DNA from: Ostreococcus lucimarinus
Lineage: Eukaryota
Assembly: GCA_000092065.1 (NCBI GenBank)
Contig: CP000590.1
Reading direction: 5' to 3' (one strand)
Length of the DNA: 64,000 bases
A model generated the notes under the pieces. That model saw only the letters and a program-made list of their open reading frames with translations, did no database searches and was not told the DNA's origin. A program made the translations under genes and the position numbers. This document shows positions 36,940 through 44,043 of this stretch, piece after piece (within the stretch, counting starts at the first letter, position 1; every line of letters starts with the position of its first letter).

Positions 36940-38802
36940 ATGCTCGGTTTAGACACCTACGGCTCGTCCGATTCCGACGACGAGAACGACGCGCTCGCGA
37001 ACGTCGCGTCCGTCAAGCGCCCGATCGCGTCCGCGCCGCCCGTCGACGCCGGCGCGTTGGCGCTCGAGCGCGCGCTCGACGGCGATGGCGGCTCGACGGG
37101 AATGCGCGTCGTTCCGCTCGCGTCCACGCGCACGGTCGTCGGTGCGCGCGACGCGCGAACGCGATGGCATCGATCGATCGCTCGACGCGCGCGCGTCGCG
37201 CGAGGAACGCGCGTGGACGATGGACTGACGGAGATTCGTTCGACGCGCGCAGACCCGACGACGCGAGAGATGCGCGTGAACCTGACGTACGACGAGATGA
37301 CGGCCCCGATCGAGGGACCGAGGCACGAGACGCGAGAGGATAGACTCACGGGGCGAGGGGCGAGGAATCACGCGCTCGGGCAGGTGGACGCGACGACGGT
37401 GAACGCGTTTAGTTTCGACGAACAGTACAATACGTACAATTCGCGGGGGTACGCGGCGGCGCCGTCGGGGACTGGGGTCGTCGGTGACGCCGACGCGATG
37501 CGAGCGAGCAAGGGGGAGACGGCGTTTAATATTTCTGCGGCGAAAAAACGAAGGATTCGCGAGGAAGTGCTCGCGGGGGTGGCGACGCCGGCGAGCGGCG
37601 AGACGGATACGTCGGCGTGGGCGCCGGCTCGAGCGGCGCAAAAGGTGCTCGTGCACGATGATTTGTCGGAGAAGGAGAAGGAGTACGTGAAATGGCACAT
37701 GGATAATCGCGAGGCAAAGCTTCGGGCGAAAGGAAAGTTGGAAGGTTTGGAGACGGGTCCGGGCGAGGACGGCGGCGCTCAAGACGACTCAAAGTTTACA
37801 AAGTTTCACGGCTCGGAGGAAGTCAACTACGCGGGGGATTCTTGGATTGCGGCGCCAAAGAGCGAGAAGCGCGATGGAGATGGAACTTGCTTCGCGCCGA
37901 ACAAGTGCGTGCACACGTTTAACGGTCACACGAAGGGTGTGTCAAAGATTGAATTTTTCCCTCACACCGGTCACCTGTTGCTCTCGGCGGGCATGGACAA
38001 CGTGGTCAAGATTTGGGACGTGTACAACAGTCGAAAGTGCATGCGCACGTACATGGGACACGACAAGGCGGTAAAAGACGTGTGCTTCAACGGCGATGGC
38101 ACGCGCTTCGTGTCGACGTCGTGGGATAAAAAGGTTCGATTGTGGGACACGGAGACTGGCAAAATAATCCAAACCGTGACGAGCGGGAAAATCGGTTACT
38201 GCGCGAAGATTCATCCAAAGCAAGACAACTTGGTGTTGATCGGGCAGAGCGATAAAAAAATCGTGCAGTGGGACATGAACAACGGGGACTTGGTGCAAGA
38301 GTACGACCAGCATCTCGGGCCGGTGAACTCGATCACTTTCGCCGACGGCGGCGAACGCTTCATGTCCTCTTCGGACGACAAAACGCTTCGAGTTTGGGAG
38401 TTTGGAATCCCGGTGACGACTAAATACATCGCTGACCCGTCGATGCACTCCGTGCCCGCGACTGCGATATCGAACAACGGCAAGTACATCATCGGTCAAT
38501 CGCTCGACAATCAAATTATCACCTTTAGCGTCGACGAACGCTTTCGAAGAAACAACAAGAAACGCTTTGGTGGTCACCACAACGCCGGTTACGCGTGCCA
38601 GCCCGCGTTTTCTACCGATGACAGCACCGTCGTTAGCGGCGACGGGTCTGGTAAGATCTTCTTCTGGGATTGGAAGACGTCCAAAATCATCAAATCCGTC
38701 AAGGCGCACGCCGAGGTGTGCATCGGCGTCGCTTGGCACCCGCTCAAGAGCTCCGTCGTCGCGTCGTGCAGTTGGGACAAGACGATCAAGCTGTGGAAGT
38801 AG
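36940..38802 (+). CDS. PRP17: Pre-mRNA splicing factor PRP17/CDC40 (WD40), probably 2 exons: 36940-37141, 37253-38802
   Basis: N-terminal YGSSDSDDE and DPTTREMRVNLTYDEMTAPIEGP (compare the metazoan LDPAVKEVQYNPTYETMFAP), and a WD40 half with HTKGVSKIEFFPHTGHLLLSAGMDNVVKIWDV, VRLWDTETG and KKIVQWD. The 111-nt segment 37142-37252 has full intron signals and encodes only R-rich filler. Confidence 0.9.
   Translation: MLGLDTYGSSDSDDENDALANVASVKRPIASAPPVDAGALALERALDGDGGSTGMRVVPLASTRTVVGARDARTRWHRSIARRARVARGTRVDDGLTEIRSTRADPTTREMRVNLTYDEMTAPIEGPRHETREDRLTGRGARNHALGQVDATTVNAFSFDEQYNTYNSRGYAAAPSGTGVVGDADAMRASKGETAFNISAAKKRRIREEVLAGVATPASGETDTSAWAPARAAQKVLVHDDLSEKEKEYVKWHMDNREAKLRAKGKLEGLETGPGEDGGAQDDSKFTKFHGSEEVNYAGDSWIAAPKSEKRDGDGTCFAPNKCVHTFNGHTKGVSKIEFFPHTGHLLLSAGMDNVVKIWDVYNSRKCMRTYMGHDKAVKDVCFNGDGTRFVSTSWDKKVRLWDTETGKIIQTVTSGKIGYCAKIHPKQDNLVLIGQSDKKIVQWDMNNGDLVQEYDQHLGPVNSITFADGGERFMSSSDDKTLRVWEFGIPVTTKYIADPSMHSVPATAISNNGKYIIGQSLDNQIITFSVDERFRRNNKKRFGGHHNAGYACQPAFSTDDSTVVSGDGSGKIFFWDWKTSKIIKSVKAHAEVCIGVAWHPLKSSVVASCSWDKTIKLWK
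37142..37252 (+). other. Probable in-frame, stop-free intron inside the PRP17 ORF
   Basis: GTGCGCGCG donor, ACTGAC at 37224-37229, CGCAG acceptor. The length is 111 nt (a multiple of 3). Removal joins ...ASTRTVV to DPTTREMRVNLTYDEM and deletes only R-rich filler. Confidence 0.6.
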
Positions 38803-38964
38803 TCTCCGAGCTCAATCTTTGTCGTTGATATATCTCGCGTAGCGCACTTCCTCACGCGCGCGCCTTCTCTTTGCGTCGGCGTCTTCGTGTCCGCGTCTCG
38901 CTGTCCTTTCGCTTTCGCGAATTCTGAGCGCATCTCGTCATTGCCCCGCGCCCGATCGTCCAGC

Positions 38965-40164
38965 ATGCGCCGTTCGCGCGCGCGCGCGCTCGCCGGCGCG
39001 CTCGCGCTCACACTCGCCTGCGCCGCCCTCCCCCGCGCGCTCGCGCGCGCTGATTCGCACGCGGCGTCGCATCTGCGACTCGCCACGTCGGATGTCCCGG
39101 TCGACACCGTCGACGCTTCGGAGCCCGCGCGCGACGCCGTGCGCGAGGCGCGCGCGCTGGTCGCCGACGCCGCGGCGCTCGAAGCGAAGTTCGAGGCGTT
39201 CGTGGACGCGTTCGATAAACGCGCCGAGTACGCGACGAAGACGGCGACGGAACGCGCTCGGAGAATCGTCATCTTTGGCGAAAATCTCGTCAAGGCGGCG
39301 ACGAATCAAGCGAACGATCGAGGCAGCGCGAACCACGGGGTGACGATGTTCAGCGATCTCACCGCGGAAGAGTTTGCGGCGCGGTATTTGGGTCACGTGC
39401 GGTTGTCGAGCGAGGAGAGGGAGAAACGGAAGGCGAGGGGAGGGGAGACGCTCGAGACGTTGCCGGTGGAACATTTGCCGGAGGAATTCGATTGGCGATT
39501 TAAGGGCGCGGTGACGCGGGTGAAGGATCAAGGACAGTGTGGATCGTGCTGGACGTTTTCAACGACGGGTGCGATCGAGGGCGCGCACTTCATCAGCACC
39601 GGAAAGCTCGTTGAATTGAGCGAACAACAACTCGTGGACTGCGACGTCGGTTGCGATCCAGACGTGCCGAACGCGTGCGATTCTGGCTGTAACGGCGGCT
39701 TGCCGTCGAACGCGATGGAGTACATCGTAGAGCACGGAGGCATCGATACCGAGAAGTCGTACCCGTACGTCGGCGAGAAGGGCGAGTGCAAGGCGAAGAA
39801 AGGCAAACTCGGCGCGACGCTCAAGAACTTCTCCTTCGTCAGCGACGACGAAAAACAAATGGCGGCGGCGTTGGTCAAATACGGCCCACTGTCCATCGGG
39901 ATCAACGCTGCGTGGATGCAAAGTTACATCGGCGGCGTCGCCTGCCCTTGGCTCTGCGACGCCGAGTCGCTCGATCACGGCGTCCTCATCGTCGGCTACG
40001 GCTCGAGCGGCTTCGCCCCGGTTCGATGGGCGCCCGAACCGTACTGGATCGTCAAGAATTCTTGGAGTCCGGCGTGGGGCGAGGGTGGATACTACCGCAT
40101 ATGCAAAGACAAAGGTTCGTGCGGCATCAACAACATGGTCGTCGCCGCGCACGGCGTCGACTGA
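38965..40164 (+). CDS. Papain-family (C1A) cysteine protease with signal peptide and I29-type prodomain
   Basis: MRRSRARALAGALALTLACAALPRALA signal. Active-site blocks QGQCGSCWTFSTTGAIEG, LDHGVLIVGYG and WIVKNSWSPAWGEGGY. Confidence 0.92.
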   Translation: MRRSRARALAGALALTLACAALPRALARADSHAASHLRLATSDVPVDTVDASEPARDAVREARALVADAAALEAKFEAFVDAFDKRAEYATKTATERARRIVIFGENLVKAATNQANDRGSANHGVTMFSDLTAEEFAARYLGHVRLSSEEREKRKARGGETLETLPVEHLPEEFDWRFKGAVTRVKDQGQCGSCWTFSTTGAIEGAHFISTGKLVELSEQQLVDCDVGCDPDVPNACDSGCNGGLPSNAMEYIVEHGGIDTEKSYPYVGEKGECKAKKGKLGATLKNFSFVSDDEKQMAAALVKYGPLSIGINAAWMQSYIGGVACPWLCDAESLDHGVLIVGYGSSGFAPVRWAPEPYWIVKNSWSPAWGEGGYYRICKDKGSCGINNMVVAAHGVD

Positions 40165-40354
40165 TCGCGCTTCGCGTTCGCCTCGCGTCTTCATGCTTCT
40201 CTCGCGCCTCGTCGCCTTCATCGACGACGTCGCGCGCGTTTCTCGCATTTTCATCTCTGTATCTCATCATTCTAAAACTATCGTTACAATCGTATCTCGC
40301 CTCGCCGTCGTCGCGTTCGCGCGATAACCCTCGTCGTCTCGCCGCGCGTCCGCC

Positions 40355-40609
40355 CTACACCGCCTTCGGCCCGTTCGCGTCGAACGCCCCGCTCCACCTC
40401 TGGCTCGGTATCGCGTGCGCGGGATATATCGGCCGCTTCTCCCGCGCGCGCGAGTAGTTGAACGTCATCATCGCCAGCGCGCCGAGCGCGACGAATCCCC
40501 CGACCGTGTTTCGTTTCCACGCCTTCGGATCCGCGAACCACCCGCCGTACGTCGTCCACACGTGTCCCGTCACGCTCGTCGGTCCGCCGCCGCTCGCGGG
40601 CGCGCCCAT
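40355..40609 (-). CDS. Small single-pass membrane protein, family not identified (possibly a mitochondrial respiratory-complex accessory subunit)
   Basis: From ATG 40609: MGAPASGGG...[49 protein letters not shown]. One TM helix, and head-to-head with the proteasome gene. The assignment is a guess. Confidence 0.4.
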   Translation of the reverse strand: MGAPASGGGPTSVTGHVWTTYGGWFADPKAWKRNTVGGFVALGALAMMTFNYSRAREKRPIYPAHAIPSQRWSGAFDANGPKAV

Positions 40610-40773
40610 GGTCGTCGCTGTGCGAACGCCGCCGATGGACGCGTCGTCGTCTGTCGTCGCGGCGCGTCGTCGATCCGCGATCGTCGAACGGCGGATCGTC
40701 ACACGACGACGCGCGCGCGCGCGACGCTCGACGCGACGCGACTCGACTCGACGGCGTCGCGACTCGACTCGAG

Positions 40774-41487
40774 ATGTTTCAGACGCGCAGCGAGTACGAC
40801 CGGGGCGTGAACACGTTCAGCCCGGAGGGACGGTTGTTTCAGGTGGAGTACGCCATCGAGGCGATCAAGCTCGGGTCGACGGCGATCGCGATAAAGACGC
40901 GCGAGGGCGTGGTGCTGGCGGTGGAGAAGCGCGCGACGTCGCCGCTGATGGACGCGTCGTCGCTGGAGAAGATCGCGGAGATCGACGCGCACGTGGGGTG
41001 CGCGGTGAGCGGGCTGACGGCGGACGCGTGGACGATGGTGGAACACGGACGGGCGGAGTGCCAGAATCATTACTTTACGTATAACGAACCGATGCCGGTG
41101 CTGAGCTGCACGACGTCGCTGTGCGAACTGGCGATGTCGTTCGCGGGCGAGGGGGAGAAGAGAATGTCGAGACCGTTCGGGGTGGCGCTGTTGGTGGCGG
41201 GGAAGGATGAGGACGGGTATCACTTGGTGCACACGGATCCGAGCGGTACGGCGGTGCAATATAAAGCGAAAGCGATCGGAAGCGGGAGCGAAGGCGCGCA
41301 GACGGCGCTGCAAGAGGAATATAGAGACGATTTGACGCTCAAAGAGGCGGAGACGCTGGCGTTGAAGACGTTGAAGGCGGTCATGGAGGAAAAGGTCAAC
41401 ACGACGAACGTCGACATGGCGCGCGTGGCGCCGGCGTACGTCAAGTATTCCGACGCCGCGATTCAGGAAATCATCGATCGTTTATGA
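40774..41487 (+). CDS. PAE: 20S proteasome subunit alpha type-5
   Basis: [42 protein letters not shown] is a near-canonical alpha-5 N-terminus; 237 codons. Confidence 0.95.
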   Translation: MFQTRSEYDRGVNTFSPEGRLFQVEYAIEAIKLGSTAIAIKTREGVVLAVEKRATSPLMDASSLEKIAEIDAHVGCAVSGLTADAWTMVEHGRAECQNHYFTYNEPMPVLSCTTSLCELAMSFAGEGEKRMSRPFGVALLVAGKDEDGYHLVHTDPSGTAVQYKAKAIGSGSEGAQTALQEEYRDDLTLKEAETLALKTLKAVMEEKVNTTNVDMARVAPAYVKYSDAAIQEIIDRL

Positions 41488-41518
41488 TGAGTGAGTAGAT
41501 TTAATTTCGGTTCGAGCT

Positions 41519-41534
41519 TGTAAGTTTCGTGTAA
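41519..41534 (+). terminator. Two TGTAA motifs downstream of the proteasome alpha-5 stop
   Basis: TGTAA at 41519-41523 and 41530-41534. Confidence 0.35.
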
Positions 41535-41554
41535 AAGATTCTTCGTTCAATGAT

Positions 41555-41559
41555 TTACA
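41555..41559 (-). terminator. TGTAA (minus strand) downstream of the DP stop
   Basis: Plus-strand TTACA about 70 nt beyond the DP stop. Confidence 0.3.
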
Positions 41560-41627
41560 TTACGTGCCTTGCGGCGCGCGCGCGCTCAACTGTTTTAAAC
41601 TAATCGATTATTCATCCAGTATTCCTC

Positions 41628-42818
41628 TCATTTCTTCGCCTTCTTCGCCGAAAGCGGCGATTTACCGACGCCTTTTGAGGGGGTCGGGGTTTTGCGCTTC
41701 ACCGGCGTCGCCTTTTGTGTCGTCGGTGTTTTCGACGTCGACGCTTTCGCCTCCGCGCCGCCGTCGTCGCCGACGACGCGCTTCTTGTGCAAATTGATCA
41801 TCTTCGTCAAGACGTGGAATCCGTCGTGGATTTGGAACGGCGTTCGATTGAAATCAAAGTGCACCGTTCGCTGATCGTCGGATATCTCCACGTCGATTTC
41901 CGCCTCGGATTTGGTTTGAATCAAAATGAAAGGAAGCTGAATGCCGGTGGGCGGCGGACCGTCCCCCGCGAGGGCTTTTTGGTTGCGTTCCACGAGCGCC
42001 ACGAGCGCGTCGTGTTGCTCCACGAGCTCGGCGAGGTAGTTGGTCTTCTGCTCGAACGCATCTATCGACTCCGTGGACGCCAATTCCCGATTCGACGTTC
42101 TCGGTCCCGCCGCCTTCGCGGGCGGCGGCGATTCGCCCGGTTTCACGTATCCCTCGGGGTATCCGTTCCAGAATATTTCCTTCTTCTTCTTTCTGATGAT
42201 TTCTAGCGCCATGAGAACATTAAGCGCGTCGTACACCCGTCGACGCACGTTCTTTTCGTCGAAATCCGCGTTCGTTTCTTCTGCAGTCACGCGAAGCTCC
42301 TCGACGAGCTCGTTCGCCACCTCGTTGTAAGACGTGTGCTTCTTCTCTTCAACCTTTTCGCACACGCGCATGCTAAAATGTCGCAACCCTTTCTGCTCGC
42401 GCTCGCCCGTCCCAGGAGTTTGCGGTAATGATTTTCGAATTTTGGACGACTTGGGCGTCGCGTACGCCTCATCGTCGCCAACTTCTGCTTTGACGCCCGC
42501 GCGCAAGTTCGCGCGCGCCGTGGCGATGATCCGTCGCGCCTGCGCGACGAATTCCGCCGCCTCCTGACACTTCTTTTCGGCCACCTCCGCGTCGTACTTC
42601 CCGATCGTAGGCGTCATCGCGCGCATCACCGTCGCTGCGGACGTCCCCGCCCTTTGAAATCGCAACCCGTCGTCCTCCGCCGCCTCGCGCCCGCTCACCC
42701 TCGCCGCCAAATCCCCGCGCTCGGGCGTCCCAAACTTCGGCGTAAACGCCCCACTATCCTCAAATCCCAACCCCGGCGACGTCGACTCCCCCCGTCGTCC
42801 TCCCTCGACGTCCCCCAT
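41628..42818 (-). CDS. DP: Transcription factor DP (E2F dimerisation partner)
   Basis: GLRHFSMRVCEKVEEKKHTSYNEVANELV, EKNVRRRVYDALNVLMALEIIRKKKKEIFWNG. The ORF-track start at 42830 is TTG; the first ATG is 42818. Confidence 0.9.
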   Translation of the reverse strand: MGDVEGGRRGESTSPGLGFEDSGAFTPKFGTPERGDLAARVSGREAAEDDGLRFQRAGTSAATVMRAMTPTIGKYDAEVAEKKCQEAAEFVAQARRIIATARANLRAGVKAEVGDDEAYATPKSSKIRKSLPQTPGTGEREQKGLRHFSMRVCEKVEEKKHTSYNEVANELVEELRVTAEETNADFDEKNVRRRVYDALNVLMALEIIRKKKKEIFWNGYPEGYVKPGESPPPAKAAGPRTSNRELASTESIDAFEQKTNYLAELVEQHDALVALVERNQKALAGDGPPPTGIQLPFILIQTKSEAEIDVEISDDQRTVHFDFNRTPFQIHDGFHVLTKMINLHKKRVVGDDGGAEAKASTSKTPTTQKATPVKRKTPTPSKGVGKSPLSAKKAKK

Positions 42819-42844
42819 GAACGCATTCAACGCATCCGCGTCGG

Positions 42845-42938
42845 CTAAGCCTACCCTCGCGCGTTCCGCTCGTCAGTCTCTCGCGTCTCTCGCTCGTCTC
42901 TCGTCTCTCGTCTCTCCTTCGCCTCGTTCCATTCGCAC
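42845..42938 (-). other. Candidate 5'-UTR intron of DP (acceptor ambiguous: 42845 or 42851)
   Basis: Minus strand: TTCAG|GTGCGAATGG donor (G at 42938), ACTGAC (plus-strand GTCAGT at 42872-42877), then GGTAG/GCTTAG acceptors about 20-25 nt on, just upstream of ATG 42818. There is no protein evidence. Confidence 0.35.
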
Positions 42939-43293
42939 CTGAATCCCCGAGCACATCGTCGACGTCCGCGTACTCCGACACCCCCTACGCCTCGTTCGCG
43001 CGCCGCGCTTCGCCGTCAGTCGCCTCTTCGGTTTCGCCGCGTCTCGCGCGTCTTCGTCCTTTAAAATCTCCAAAAAATCTCCGCATAAAGCCATCTGTCG
43101 AATCGTCCGTCGTCCGTCGTCTCGCGTTCGCCTCGCGTCTCGCACGCACCGCGTCTCGCAGCGATCGAAACAGTTCCTCCGCCAGCGCGTCGTCGTCGCG
43201 CGAGGTCGTCGCCGTCGCCGTCGTCGCGCGTCGTCGTCGCGTCGACATGTCGAGCGCGAATTCCGAAACGTCGCGTCGCGCGTCGCGTCGCGC

Positions 43294-43335
43294 GCGCGAT
43301 GGGACGCGCGCGACGCGCGATGGGACGCGCGCGCG
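43294..43335. repeat. 21-bp tandem duplication in the DP / SAS-6-like intergenic region
   Basis: GCGCGATGGGACGCGCGCGAC followed by GCGCGATGGGACGCGCGCGCG. Confidence 0.8.
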
Positions 43336-43436
43336 TCGCGCGCGTTCGCGCGGCTCGACGGCGCCGCGGTGCGCGCGCGTGTGACGCGCGCGACGCGACG
43401 ACGTCGGTTCGAACGACACTTCGCGACCGCGCGCGC

Positions 43437-43955
43437 ATGGCGACGTCGCGCGTCGCGCGCGCGACGCTGGACGTGCGAGGATACGCCGCGGATGGAAGCG
43501 CGCATCGCGTGAGCGCGCGCGCGAGCTTCGAGTACGCGTACGAGACGAGGGAGGACGACGCGAACGCGACGGTGCGAGTGATGCTCACGCCGAGCGACGG
43601 ACGGGCGACGTTCGCGCGGTACGCGTGCGCGCTGACGCGGGAACGGTTCGAAACGATGCGACGGGAACAGTCGTTGACGCTGCGGACGGCGAGGGAGTGC
43701 GCGGAGACGTGCGGGAGGGCGCTGGAGAAGGCGGCGCGCGGGGAGGGGCTCGCGGTGTTGGCGTGCGACGCGAAGAGCGGGAAAGCGAGGTTGGAGATCG
43801 TGGAGGAGTACGCGAATAGGTTGGTGAGCGTGATGGAGATGGAGTTTGAGATGATGGATGACGTCGAGGTCAGGGCGAGGGTGTCGGAGGAGTACGGGCG
43901 GATGAAGCGGACGTTGGCGGCGTACGAAGCCAAGTTTGGTCGGTTGGAGGCGTGA
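43437..43955 (+). CDS. Small protein with possible SAS-6/XRCC4-superfamily head domain plus a short coiled coil
   Basis: From ATG 43437: ...TVRVMLTPSDGRATFARYACALTRERFETMRREQSLTLRTARECAETCGRALE...ARLEIVEEYANRLVSVMEMEF. It recalls the SAS-6 N-domain pattern (L-T-D-x-x-x-P-F-F-L-Y...E-E-D-F-x-x-L-K-x-E-Q-S-L-L-V-D-F...S-I-V-E-T-N-x-F-K-x-L-x-H-L-x-L-x-F). The comparison is from memory only. Confidence 0.4.
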   Translation: MATSRVARATLDVRGYAADGSAHRVSARASFEYAYETREDDANATVRVMLTPSDGRATFARYACALTRERFETMRREQSLTLRTARECAETCGRALEKAARGEGLAVLACDAKSGKARLEIVEEYANRLVSVMEMEFEMMDDVEVRARVSEEYGRMKRTLAAYEAKFGRLEA

Positions 43956-44043
43956 GGAAGACGCGCGCGTTTGATCGTTTGTATTGATAACCAGTAAGAA
44001 TCTCCGATACTAGTGCTTCTACTTTCCTTCTGCGGTCGTCGCG

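Noticed and set aside
35583-36956. 457-aa minus-strand ORF (S/A/R-rich) opposite the PGBD-like gene
   Set aside because: It has no motifs and an extreme Ser/Ala/Arg composition. The plus-strand frame carries a recognisable PG-binding-like motif and a TM helix. The region remains low-confidence on either strand.
43394-43410. tRNA-like T-arm sequence (GGTTCGAAC)
   Set aside because: I could not fold flanking sequence into acceptor, D or anticodon stems. I found no tRNA that I can support anywhere in the window.
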